A program made the position numbers and the translations under genes. The notes beneath the pieces were generated by a model. It saw only the letters and a program-made list of their open reading frames with translations. It made no database searches and was not told where the DNA came from. A stretch of 63,360 bases of DNA, counting the filler, from Octopus bimaculoides (Eukaryota): assembly GCF_001194135.2 (NCBI RefSeq). It is 4 parts of 4 records of this genome, joined end to end, with 100 filler letters (N's around TTAATTAATTAA, not from the genome) between each part and the next. Parts side by side here need not be neighbours in the genome. Positions count along the whole stretch, not along the records: positions 11,847 to 39,603 come from NC_068982.1; positions 39,704 to 56,756 come from NC_069003.1; 2 more parts are not named here. One strand, written 5' to 3'. Positions 37,921 to 49,883 of this stretch are shown in pieces (position 1 is the first letter of the stretch; each line of letters begins with the position of its first letter).

Positions 37921-39600
37921 ACACGGGCAGGCAGACAAACAGACACACACACACAAACACACAAAAGCGCACATACGTACATACACATACGAACACACAC
38001 ACACACGCACACATTCAACGCACACACGAACACACGCGTATACACATGCATGTGTATATTTATGAAAGCATGTATGAGTGTGAAGTCGACTTGAAAATCA
38101 TTTCTTTACCTATGGTTAATGTATATACCCACCGTTTACAAGTCTCCATCATTACTTTATACATACACATGCTCACTACATAAATGAATTAACACAAAAT
38201 ATATGTGAAGATAATAGCGACAAAAGTTTTAGCATCAACTACCTTAGAATGGGTATTAAAAAAGAGAGATCGGCTGAATTTACAACGAAAGGGATGAGTT
38301 CTTATCTTACTGGGACAGAAAGTGGTTTCATGTCACTCATTTTGAATAGTTTAAATACCAAAGGTACCTACCTCAGTGTTTAAGGGTTGATACGAGTGGA
38401 AGAAAGGAAGAAACATCAGCCAACGTAGATGAACTAAAGTTTATGGACAAAAGTACCTTCAAGAAAGCCCACAAGCAACTTTACGTGTGTTTGTGTGCGT
38501 GTTTGTGTGTGTATGTGTGTGTGTATGTATGTATGTGCATGTGTATGTGTCTGTGTGAGAGAGAAAGAGAGACAGAGAGAGAGAGAGAGAAACAGAGAGA
38601 TGTTGCACATAAACAGCATTCTTAGTCTCACATTTTACACTTATAACCAAAGCCGTATTGTCAAATTGCGTTTGCAGCTATAGTGATTATATGAAAAATA
38701 TCGGACAATTAATGAAGCAACTACTTTACTTTATTAGAGACTAGATTAAAAGCCGCACTCCATGGACTGGTTCCTTGGAAAGGCTAATCGGGCCTGTGGC
38801 ACAAAACTTAAGAGAGCTAAGTGGCATAACAATGATGTGTCTATAATGATTATACGCCACGCTTGTGTTTGATCAGACGTTAAAGGATGGATGAGAATTA
38901 ATTCTCTAATGAAATCATTCTATTGTTCCAGTCTCAGGTTGAATTCCAACTGTTGGCCAATTTGTCCCAACGTTCGGATCGAGACGTAAAATTAACGAAG
39001 CGAATGTCATTTATTTCCCCTTCATCTCTGACGTCATCTAAGAAACGCCAAACAAGATGGCGTGAATAAGCTAAACTTTACCTGGTAGAAGTTACAACCC
39101 AAATGCTTTTGAATCAGATCTCAATACTGGATGTTCAAGAACCAAATGAAGGGCAGATCTTCAATCCCGAGATCATTCTCATTCCCAAAAGTTATAATTT
39201 GTCTATGTAGAACAAATGAAGACTGAGATAGAGGGGACGCAAACAAACAGAATTTTGCCTTCATTATAATCGATATATCAAGAAAATATCAGCCATTTTA
39301 ATAGCAGTAAACTTGTGTTTTATTTAAATACTTACCGAGTTTATAACCCTAATCTCTACAAATATTTTGAGTAACCATTAACTGTGTTTTTAAGACGGTG
39401 AGCGGCAGATTCGTTAACACGCCGGCGGCATTTCGTCCACGTTTGCAATCTGAGTTCAAATTCCACCGGGATCGACGGTTCCCTTGATCCTTTTGTTGTT
39501 GATAATATAAATGACAGTCTAACTTTGGGGTGAATATGATCGACTACTCACTCCAACAAATTTCATGCTTTTCTCTTATAGTAGAAAAGAATATTTCATG
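37065..39600 (+). repeat. Copy 2 of the diverged local duplication (includes SINE B at ~39395-39600)
   Basis: See copy 1. Truncated at the 39604 spacer. Confidence 0.9.
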
Positions 39601-39603
39601 TAG

Positions 39604-39703
39604 NNNNNNNNNNNNNNNNNNNNNNNNNNNNNNNNNNNNNNNNNNNNTTAATTAATTAANNNNNNNNNNNNNNNNNNNNNNNNNNNNNNNNNNNNNNNNN
39701 NNN
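39604..39703. other. Artificial scaffold-join spacer
   Basis: 44N + TTAATTAATTAA (39648-39659) + 44N. Confidence 0.95.
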
Positions 39704-39838
39704 ATATATATATATATATATATAAAACAAATATATATATATAGAGAGAGAGACAGACAGACAGACAGAGATTGATAGGTATATAGATAAAGAGAGATAG
39801 AAAGGTAAAGAAATAAAGTGCTAGGTAAACAGACAGAC

Positions 39839-39917
<79 letters not shown>

Positions 39918-39918
39918 C

Positions 39919-39963
<45 letters not shown>

Positions 39964-40851
39964 GAGAGATAGATGGATAGATAGATACATTTCTTTTATT
40001 AGCCACACAGGGCTCAACGAAGATGGGACAAATACAATGTAGAGCTTTTCTTTTTGGGAGGGGGAATAGATAGATAGATAGATAGATGGATTAACTGATG
40101 TAGAAATATAGAAAGATGGAAATAAACAAGAGATAGATAGATAAAGAGACAAACAGGGAGGTAGAGATGTAGAGAGAGGGAGAGAGATGAGGGACTGATA
40201 AAAAAAAGAAAGATATATATATATAGAGGGAGAACAGCAGAAAAAGAATGAAGGAGAAAGAGAGAGAGAGAAGGAAAGAAGGAAAATGGAATGAAATTTT
40301 AAAAAGTATAAAAAAAAAAAATCCCAAATATTTATGATTTTTTTTGTGGGGTACTTTTTTTCCACTTCTATTTTTGATAATCTTTTTTTGTTTTTTTGCT
40401 GTAAGGGTAATCAAAAGGGTGGGAAAGGGGTACCTCTAAGCACCCCTCTTCTCTCCCAATAGCCACCCGGGGATGCCAAAGGAATTCATTTTGACAAATT
40501 AGTAATGAATTGTTTTAAATCACCAACAACACATTTTTGTTTTGGNNNNNNNNNNNNNNNNNNNNNNNNNNNNNNNNNNNNNNNNNNNNNNNNNNNNNNN
40601 NNNNNNNNNNNNNNNNNNNNNNNNNNNNNNNNNNNNNNNNNNNNNNNNNNNNNNNNNNNNNNNNNNNNNNNNNNNNNNNNNNNNNNNNNNNNNNNNNNNN
40701 NNNNNNNNNNNNNNNNNNNNNNNNNNNNNNNNNNNNNNNNNNNNNNNNNNNNNNNNNNNNNNNNNNNNNNNNATATATGTATATATACATCTATACACAT
40801 ATATATTAATATATATATATATACATATTTGTTTCTTTCTCTTCCCCCTCT

Positions 40852-40904
<53 letters not shown>

Positions 40905-41143
40905 CTATATATACATACATGTATATATGTAAATGTCAAATGATGAAATGAGTGCTCAACACTGCATTGGTGGATTTATAATTTCTTTATTTGTGAATTA
41001 AGGCTACCATTGGTTTCATATATATACACATATATATGTGTGTGTGTGTGTGTAGATACATATATACAGGCATAAATATATATATATATGTATCTCTAAA
41101 TATATATATATATGTCTATCTCTCTCTCTCTTTCCCCTCTCTC

Positions 41144-41216
<73 letters not shown>

Positions 41217-41569
41217 GTATGTATGAAACTGCACTGCCTGTAGCAACATCATCATCACAATAACCATCATCACTTCCATCAGAGCAGTGGATTGGCAATG
41301 TTCTTTGTTAGAGTGGTGTGTCAGCGCCCCCAGGCGAAGAAGTAGGGTCTCCGAAGACATATAAATAGAGGTAGTCTGGCCATGGTAGGAGTGTTGAGTA
41401 GCAGTCGAGTAGCAGTTGTGTAGCGGTTGAGTAGAGATCATCCGAAGATGCTAGATGGCAGGAACTTGAGACACAACAGTGGCGATGAGGATGAGATGCT
41501 CACACGGCCACTGGTAGTATTTGCGACATAACATAGAGATTCAACAAAAACGTCTCATGATGTATACGT

Positions 41570-42080
41570 TTCAGAGCTTTATATTCTGAGTTTAAATCAC
41601 ACCCAAAGTCAGCTTAGTCATCCATTCTTCCAAGGGTTTTCAATTTAATCAACTAAGACCCTTCCACAAATTTTAAATCCGGGACTTATGCTAAAAGCAA
41701 TTATTATCTAAAGGTGTTGAAATTAGGATAAATCTTTAGAGTGTTGGGAAAAATGGTTTACTGTATTCTGTTCCAGCTCTTTAGGGTCTGAGTTCAAATC
41801 CTGCTGAGGTCAACTTTGCCTTTTCTCATTTCAGGGTCAATAAAATAAAAACACCAACTAAGTATCAAGAGCAATTTAATTAACTCCTTGAACTGGCTGA
41901 AATCATTAGTGCTCCGGGGAAAAATGCTTAATGGCATTTCATCTGCCTTGATGTTCTGAGTTCAAATTTCACCAAGGTCAACTTTGCCTTTCATTTTTTT
42001 GGGGGTCAATAAGATAAGTACCAGTCATGCACTGAGGTTGATGTAACCGACTAGTCCCCTGCTCAAAATTTCAGGCTTTC
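41570..42080 (+). mobile_element. Cluster of about three degenerate SINE family B copies
   Basis: Recurrent TCTGAGTT(T/C)AAAT...GGTCAACTTTGCCTTT...GGGGTCAATAA at ~41585, ~41788 and ~41955. Confidence 0.7.
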
Positions 42081-42223
42081 GTAGTTGTTTTTGTTAATAA
42101 ACTTTCATGTGCTTTTACTGCAAATGGCTTTTTTAAGCAGCGTCGATCTTTACATGAAAATTTGTTTACAAAAACAATTACATTATAATTATAGCTCATA
42201 CATCTGACAGAAAATAGCAGGTA

Positions 42224-42296
42224 GGTTTGTTAATGTAATCAGTAGCACGCTTCGTCACGTAAACAAAGAGGTGTGGGTTCAAGTCCCACATGAACG
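42224..42296 (+). pseudogene. tRNA-like sequence (possible tRNA-Thr(CGT) pseudogene or isolated SINE head)
   Basis: Folds as a cloverleaf: acceptor GGTTTGT/ATGAACG, D stem ATGT/GCAC, anticodon stem CTTCGT/ACAAAG with loop CACGTAA, T stem GTGGG/CCCAC with loop TTCAAGT. Several mismatches, and A instead of U33. Confidence 0.5.
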
Positions 42297-42538
42297 GAAA
42301 ACCTACTTCTTTCTGTTGAGGGCTTATGTGGCCCATTATTAAACTATTTTCTTTAGTCATTGCGTTGTGATTGCTATAAGTTTTAAGCTTAAAAAATACT
42401 ATTATTATTATTTACAGAATTGTAAAAATTGACACAGCTTAAAAAACCATTTGCATCATACATACATACATACATATTTATATATATATATATATATATA
42501 AGAATTTAAGGATTGGAGAAAACGCATGTTATAATTGC

Positions 42539-42635
42539 ATACTTTATTCCTACATATGTTTCAAAGGATTACAACCTGTGTGATCCATAGGGATCTTTGA
42601 TATTAAAGTTGTAACCTTCTCATCAGGGAAAGCAT
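42539..42635 (-). ncRNA. Type I hammerhead ribozyme (Penelope-like element / retrozyme type)
   Basis: Minus strand: ATGCTTTCC-CTGATGA-GAAGGTTACAAC...GTTGTAATCCTTT-GAAAC-ATAT-GTA-GGAATAAAGTAT. Core CUGAUGA/GAAA/GUA is intact. Stem I TTCC/GGAA (extendable over a bulge), stem II 12 bp with one bulge, minimal palindromic stem III ACATATGT. Confidence 0.8.
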
Positions 42636-43677
42636 GGGAATCATCTTAAACTCAAATACCCAAAATTTCAAGGAGTTCCTGCCTTAAAAACAGGAGCTAA
42701 CCACAGTTATTTTGTGTTCTTTGCTACATTGGTTTCTATTAACCCATTTATTCTATCAGAAGAATTTTTATTCATTNNNNNNNNNNATATATATATATAA
42801 AACATATACTATATATACCTACGTATATATATATATATGTTTATATATATATATATAAACATATATATATGTAGGTATATATATATATATATATGCAATT
42901 ATTTGTATATATACATATATGCATAGCCCTAGAAAGATAAGGATTAAAAAGAAATAAGGCCAAACTTTTCTCAACCACCCACTGCAGCGAAATATGTATA
43001 AGAAAGAAAGAGAGTAAAAAAAAGAAAGAGAGAAAAAAGGAACAATAGAAGGAGAGAGCGAAGAAGAAAGAAACATGGAAAGGAAACAAGAAATTGGGGT
43101 AGAAAGAAAGATGGAAAGGACTAAGGAATATATAAGATGGTGGCAGAGAGAAAGCAAAGAAGGAAACAAAACAGAGAAAGGGAGGTAGGAAGGATTGATA
43201 AATGTGTCAAACAGATAAGAGAGCATTATTCCAAAGCAAGGGAGCTTGTCAAAGATTTCCCTGAGAAGCTGATAGTTATGAGGTGAACGATCAAAGGTGA
43301 AGGAAGATAATTGCTGGGTTTTAACAATAGGTTTCAAGGTAAAAATCATTATTAGATGAAAAGACACTGTTGCAAGAAGGGGGAGAAGGGCGGGGGGTGG
43401 GGGTAGTTNNNNNNNNNNACACCCCTCGCCGCACTGTATTTTTTTTTTATCTATCTGTGTATATATATATATAATGATTATTTTTCTAATGGTAGTAGTA
43501 GTGGTCCCCCTGTTTTTGGTGGTAGTTGTGGTATTAAGAAAAAAAAAGATAAAATAATGGTTTCTTTCATTGGTTTACAATTGCCCCAAAGTAGTGAGGA
43601 CAGTACATAGTTGAAATAGTAAAGAAAACAAAGCAGAATAAAAAAAAAGAAGTAAAACAAAAACAACAGATAAACAA

Positions 43678-43841
43678 GGAGGTGCAGGTGTGGCTGTGTT
43701 GGTAAGAAGCTTACTTCCCAAACCCATGGTTCTGGGTTCAGTCCCACTGTGTAGCACCTTAGGCAAGTATTCTCTACTATAGCCTCGGACCAACCAAAGC
43801 CTTGCGAGTGGATTTGGTAGATGGAAACTGAAAGAAGCCTG

Positions 43842-43884
<43 letters not shown>

Positions 43885-43985
43885 CGTGTGTCTTTGTGTC
43901 TGTGTTTGTTCCCTCACCACCGCTCGACAAGTGGTATTGATGTGTTTATGTCCCTGTAACTTAGCAGTGTGGTTGAAGAGAGTGA
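43678..43985 (+). mobile_element. SINE family A
   Basis: GGTGCAGGTGTGGCTGTGTTGGTAAGAAGCTT...GGAAACTGAAAGAAGCC with (TA)n/(TG)n centre. Confidence 0.85.
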
Positions 43986-44109
43986 AAAATGGCAAACATT
44001 TCTTTCAAAGTTTATTTTTGTAACATTTACTCAAACCCTAAAGAATCCCTCTCAACACATGGCTATGATGCTCCCCCATTACTCCTGCACATGATCAGAG
44101 ATGCATATA

Positions 44110-44245
44110 TTCTTTTCTGTTCTAGGCACAAGGCCCGAAATTTTGGGGGAGGGGGCCAGTCGATTAGATCAACCCCAGTACACAACTGGTACTTAATTCA
44201 TCGACCCCCAAAAGGATGAAAGGCAAAGTCGACCTCGGCAGAAAT
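44110..44245 (-). mobile_element. SINE family B, partial
   Basis: AAGGCCCGAAATTTTGGGG...AAAGGATGAAAGGCAAAGTCGACCTCGGCAGAA, same as 62685. Confidence 0.8.
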
Positions 44246-45244
44246 TTTGTTACACAATGTTATCCAATATATTCTCTTTCCATTTTAAAAAGAAAAAAGT
44301 AGTGATCTGAGAGTGATTTGGTTGCTATTACTAGCAGATCAGGAGACACTGTGTTGAAGCAGTCCCATAAGATTATTGAATTCTAACATTCCAATTTCAG
44401 AACAGATATAGAAAACTAATAAAGCTTCGTTTTTCATAAATAATTTTAATTATCTTCTCTCCTGCTTGAGCTCAAGTAGAATATATAAATAAACTAATTA
44501 TGATGAAAAGAAACACATTTATTAATTTGAGGTGGTAAGGAAAATGCAACATGAATGAATGAATTAATTAATTGATTAACCTAAAAACTGAAATTAAGAT
44601 GGGTAAGTTTACAGCACATTGGTCGAGAATGGTGCAGCACCAACTGTGTTCTTTATCCAAGACGCAAAGTAATTATAAAACAATTTATTCCTGATTTTGA
44701 TATTAAGCAATAAAACAACACCCCTCCCACCTCATATTTGTATATGTGTGAGTGAGAATTTGTGTGTGTGTGTGTGTGTACTTGTGTTTGTGAATATAGA
44801 TATCATCTTTAAAAATTTACAATATGTTTTTATTTGCCATCACACTGGTAGAGAGAGAAAGAAAGAAAGGAATAGAGAGAGAGAGAGAGAGAGAGATAAA
44901 GGAAGAGAGAAAGAGAGAGACTGAAATGATAGAGATGTTGAATGCAGGTGAGGTAAAGTGAAAGAAATATAGTTATAGTGAGCTTTAGGGAGAGCTTTTA
45001 CAGTGACTGGAGTAGCAGATACTTTTGATCAAAAGAAAGCTGCACATTTTTGTTGTAAGTCTGTAGCTCCAGAAAAGGTGCACCAGCTTGACCGCAGCCA
45101 CTTGGCTGAAACACATAAATAAAAAAAAAAAAAAAATANNNNNNNNNNAAAAGGTGCACCAGCTTGACCGCAGCCACTTGGCTGAAACACATAAATAAAA
45201 AAAAAAAAATAAAAAAATATATATATAGTGGAGCACTAACCGCA

Positions 45245-45690
45245 CTGTCCGAGCGTGTTCATTGCCAGAGCAGCTGTCTGGCTTCCGTGCTAGTGGCCCG
45301 TAAATAGCACCATTTAAGTGTAATCATTACCAGCGCCGCCTTCTAGCACTTTTGCTGGTGGCACATTAGAAAATCATTCAAGCGAGGTTGTTGCCAGTGC
45401 CGCTGGACTGGCTCCCGTGCAGGTGGCATGTAAAGAACAACTTTTTGAGCGTGGCCGTTGCCAGTACTGCCTGACTGGCCTTCGTGCGGGTGACACGTAA
45501 AAGCACCCACTACACTCTTGGAGTGGTTGGCGTTAGGAAGGGCATCCAGCTGTAGAAACTCTGCCAAATCAGATTGGAGCCTGGTGCAGCCTTCTGGCTT
45601 GCCAGCCCTCAGTCAAATCGTCCAACCAATGATAGCATGGAAAGCGGATGTTAAGCGATGACGATAATAATGATGATGGTGATGATGATG
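45245..45690 (+). mobile_element. RTE-type 3' end repeat with (GAT)n tail
   Basis: Matches the 11847 and 14735 copies. Confidence 0.8.
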
Positions 45691-46941
45691 ATAGCAGGTA
45701 TTTTAATTAGGTAGCAGTTTCATTAGCTACAGCTTAACTATGGGATTGTTTAAAAATATTACCATAGAGATAAGATAAATGGTTGAGTGTAGTTGGTAAG
45801 GTAATAAGAGTAGATGTTTGCAGATAGAGAGTTCAAAACAGCCCTGGATTTATTGAGTGTGTTTGTCATGTTTGTTGATGTTTGAGAATAAGATGTCAGA
45901 TTATTAGGGAAAATTATTCAAATGTAGACTGGTTTCTTATCCAGGAGGAAAAAGTTATCTCTTAGTAATTCATTTATGGCTATTAAGTCAAGAAGAAAGA
46001 GAAGAAGGAGAATACAGAAGAAGAAGAAGAAAATGAAAGACAGAAAAGAATAATGCAAAAATGATGAAATAATAAAAGAATGGTGAAAAAGAAGGAAAAT
46101 ACAGAAGGAAAAATACAGAAGAAGGAAAAATACAGAAGAAGAAAATGAAGAAAATGAAAGAAAGAAAAGAATAATGCAAAAATGATGAAGAATAATAAAT
46201 AGAAGAATGGGAAAAAAGGAAGAATATGAATATAAAAGAGAAGAAGAATGAAAAGAAGAAAAATTGCAGAAGAATGCTGAAAAGAAGAAAACTGCAAAGA
46301 TGATGAAAAGAAAGAATTGCGTTGAAGGAATGAAGCAAGGAAAAAGAATTGTGACGAAAGAGGAGGAAAAAAAAAAAAATTGGCCAAAAATGAATTTTTA
46401 AGAAGGAAGAATGCCAAGAAGNNNNNNNNNNAGAGAGAGAAAAAAACAATGTTTTTTTTATTTTTTATTTTATTCTTTTTACTGCTGTTGTTGTTGTCAA
46501 AGAAATAAACAAACGTCTAAAACACCCCCCCCCCCGGCACCGTTATTTGTGTTCTGCAAGTAAGGAGTAAGCCATAATGCCATTGACATGGAAGGGTTGG
46601 TTGGAATGGGTCAGGGGAGTGGTGGCGGTGGGGGAGAGGGGAAGAGGTTGGAGGTTAGAGGGCTGGGGAGGGGAAGTAGATTCCAGAGAATTGGAAGACT
46701 CTGCAGGAAACCATTCAATTTATGTAAACAGGACATTGACAACGGAAGTTTGGTATGAGAATATACATACATACGAATATATACACACATATATATGCAT
46801 CCCATTGTATATGTGTGAGTGTGCGTATATATATGTATATACATATATTTATACAAATATATATAAATATATACAAATATATATATATAGACACACACAC
46901 ATATATACATACAAATATGCATGCATACAAAATATATACTA

Positions 46942-47016
<75 letters not shown>

Positions 47017-47043
47017 ATATATATGCAAATATATATGTTATAT

Positions 47044-47079
<36 letters not shown>

Positions 47080-47404
47080 ACACACACATATGCATTTTCC
47101 TGTGCAAGGAGACTAAAAGGTACTCTTTCCAAAAAGAGTGTCTCTTCCAGTGAGACTCTGTGAGTGTGTGCATATGTGTACATGTATGCATATATGCACA
47201 CATTCACATAATTACATGTGTGTGTGTGTGTGTTTGCACATGAATATACAGACCCCGTACAAGTATGAACTGAGATGATTTTTGTTAATGTATATTTTAT
47301 AGGGATGTAATATTAGCTTTATTTTGATTCCTCCCCCAAAAATACCAAAAAAAAGCCCATTAAAGAAGATAAATGTAGAGAGTACTTATATATATATATG
47401 TGTA

Positions 47405-47442
<38 letters not shown>

Positions 47443-48102
47443 AATGTAGACAGTAGTTGTATATATATATGTGTGTGTATGTATGTGTATAAATACACAT
47501 CTATGTTTGCATAAATATACATATATCTTTGTGCGTGCGTGTGTGTATGCACATACGTAAATGTATATATACATATATATTAATATTTATATGCATGAAG
47601 ACATTTGCAGATGCAAACATACTCATACTGTACATAAACACACACACACATACATCCACACATTCACACACATGTAGCTGCACAGAAAAACAAGTTTAGG
47701 TTAGCACGCATAAACAATGCACAGGGCATCCTATAAATAAGACAGCCTTTATGCATATTTAATACTCAAAAACCTGACAGACTTATGAAGACATGCATGC
47801 ATTTATATCTAAATATACGCGCATGCACACACACACACATGCATGCACACACACACATGTATGTAACGCTTGTATGTATGAATACATTTATGTCTCTGTG
47901 TGTGTGCGTATATATATACATATATATGTATGCATATTTATATATATGCATATGTATATATATATATTTATATATATATAATAGTATATTGCTGTGTAGC
48001 CTCATAAGAAATGAAACATGTAACTGTTATTGTCTGTGTGAGCATGTACAAGGATATGTATGTGCAATAACATTTAGATATACACACATATATACATGTA
48101 TG

Positions 48103-48169
<67 letters not shown>

Positions 48170-48619
48170 NNNNNNNNNNNNNNNNNNNNNNNNNNNNNNN
48201 NNNNNNNNNNNNNNNNNNNNNNNNNNNNNNNNNNNNNNNNNNNNNNNNNNNNNNNNNNNNNNNNNNNNNNNNNNNNNNNNNNNNNNNNNNNNNNNNNNNN
48301 NNNNNNNNNNNNNNNNNNNNNNNNNNNNNNNNNNNNNNNNNNNNNNNNNNNNNNNNNNNNNNNNNNNNNNNNNNNNNNNNNNNNNNNNNNNNNNNNNNNN
48401 NNNNNNNNNNNNNNNNNNNNNNNNNNNNNNNNNNNNNNNNNNNNNNNNNNNNNNNNNNNNNNNNNNNNNNNNNNNNNNNNNNNNNNNNNNNNNNNNNNNN
48501 NNNNNNNNNNNNNNNNNNNNNNNNNNNNNNNNNNNNNNNNNNNNNNNNNNNNNNNNNNNNNNNNNNNNNNNNNNNNNNNNNNNNNNNNNNNNNNNNNNNN
48601 NNNNNNNNNNNNNNNNNNN

Positions 48620-48654
<35 letters not shown>

Positions 48655-48959
48655 TATATGTAACGTTGAGTGGCTGTTTGTGGCATCTTTGCATCTTTAA
48701 TAACAAATCACAACCTTGTTTGGCTTTTGCCAAAGATATTCTTTTCCTTCTCTTTGCAGTGCATTTTCTGTAGTTACGATGGGCTGGCATTTTGATTTAT
48801 GTCCTTTCCTCTTCCCGGGACTTATATTTGAAGCATTTACATTTTTATTTCACCCCTAACAATCATTTACCAGAAATTTAAAGCAATTTTGCTGAGATTT
48901 ATTGAATGCTAAACTGTTCAGTTATATATGTCTGCTGACACTGGTGAGACATTTATTGT

Positions 48960-49620
48960 TTTATAGCAAACAAAGTGCTTGACAGGTAAAAACAGAAGAG
49001 AGAGAGGGAGAGAGGGGGGGAAAGAGTGTGTGTGTGTGTGTGTTTGTGTGTGAGGGAAGAGAGAGAGAGAGAGAGAGAGGAAGGGAGTGAGAAAAGAAAG
49101 AGTGTGTAGGTGTGTAAGGGAGGGAGAAAGAGGCAGAGAGATAGAAAAGAGAGAGAGAGGGAAAGAGAGAGAGAGAAAGACAGAGGGAGAGAGAGGGATA
49201 AAAGAGAGTGTATACAGGTGTGTAAAAGAAGGAAAGAGAGAAAGAGAACGGCAGAGAGAGAGGGAGAGAGAGAGAGAAAAGAGAGTATGCAGGTGTATAA
49301 AGGGAAGAGAAATAGGCAAAGAAAGAGAAAAAGGTACATCGAGAGAGAGTGAGAGAAAGGGAGAGAGAGAGAGAGAAACAAAGAGAGAGAGAGAGAGCAT
49401 GTAGGTATGTAAGGGGGAGAGAAAGAGGCAGAGAAAGAGAGAGAGAGAGGAAGAAAGATAAGAAAGAGGAAAAAGAACATGTTTTGGTGTATAAGAGGGA
49501 GAGAGAGAGTGAGTGAGAAAAGAGGGGTGGGGTGATGGGAAGTGGAAAGAAAGGAGGAAATAAGAGGAAGACAGAGTGGGTGTGGTGGGAGGAGAAGGTC
49601 AAAAACAAAGGAGAGAAGAG
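48960..49620. repeat. GA-rich low-complexity tract with a ~90-110 bp higher-order unit
   Basis: Motif ...AGGTGT(G/A)TAAGGG...AGAGGCAGAGA recurs near 49100, 49210, 49285, 49395 and 49485. Confidence 0.7.
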
Positions 49621-49774
49621 GAATAACTTGTTGATTGTTTCTTTTTTTCAGTATAAATTCTTGAATTATTAAGAATTGTAGATATATCAAACAGTCAAAC
49701 AGGAAATAATATATGCATGGTTATGCATGCATATGTACATATGCACAAGAATTTTTAATCCAGCCATATATATA

Positions 49775-49883
49775 TACATATGAAGCCAGTATGCTCCGTT
49801 GGGAAGCCAGTATGCTCCGTTGGATGTGTAATGTCAATGTGAATACCCGTCAGAGTGTAAGTATCTTGAGAGAAAAGCTGAAC
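49775..49883 (+). mobile_element. RTE LINE fragment
   Basis: YEASMLRWEASMLRWMCNVNVNTRQSVSILREKLN is the same RTE region as 12253-12435. Includes a 21-bp tandem duplication. Confidence 0.75.

Noticed and set aside
40280-40545. Homopolymer-rich segment before a gap
   Set aside because: Looks like a low-quality read end; not interpretable.
45004-45215. Exon-like segment (VTGVADTFDQKKAAHFC...) with AATAAA/poly(A), and a 60-bp duplication across the 10-N gap
   Set aside because: The 3' part matches the SINE A / LINE tail (GGTGC.CCAGC.TG.CCGCAG.CA..TG.CTGAAAC). The duplication flanks a gap and is most simply overlapping contig ends.
49779-49820. In-frame 21-bp duplication EASMLRW x2
   Set aside because: Simple slippage in a dead RTE fragment; no functional implication.
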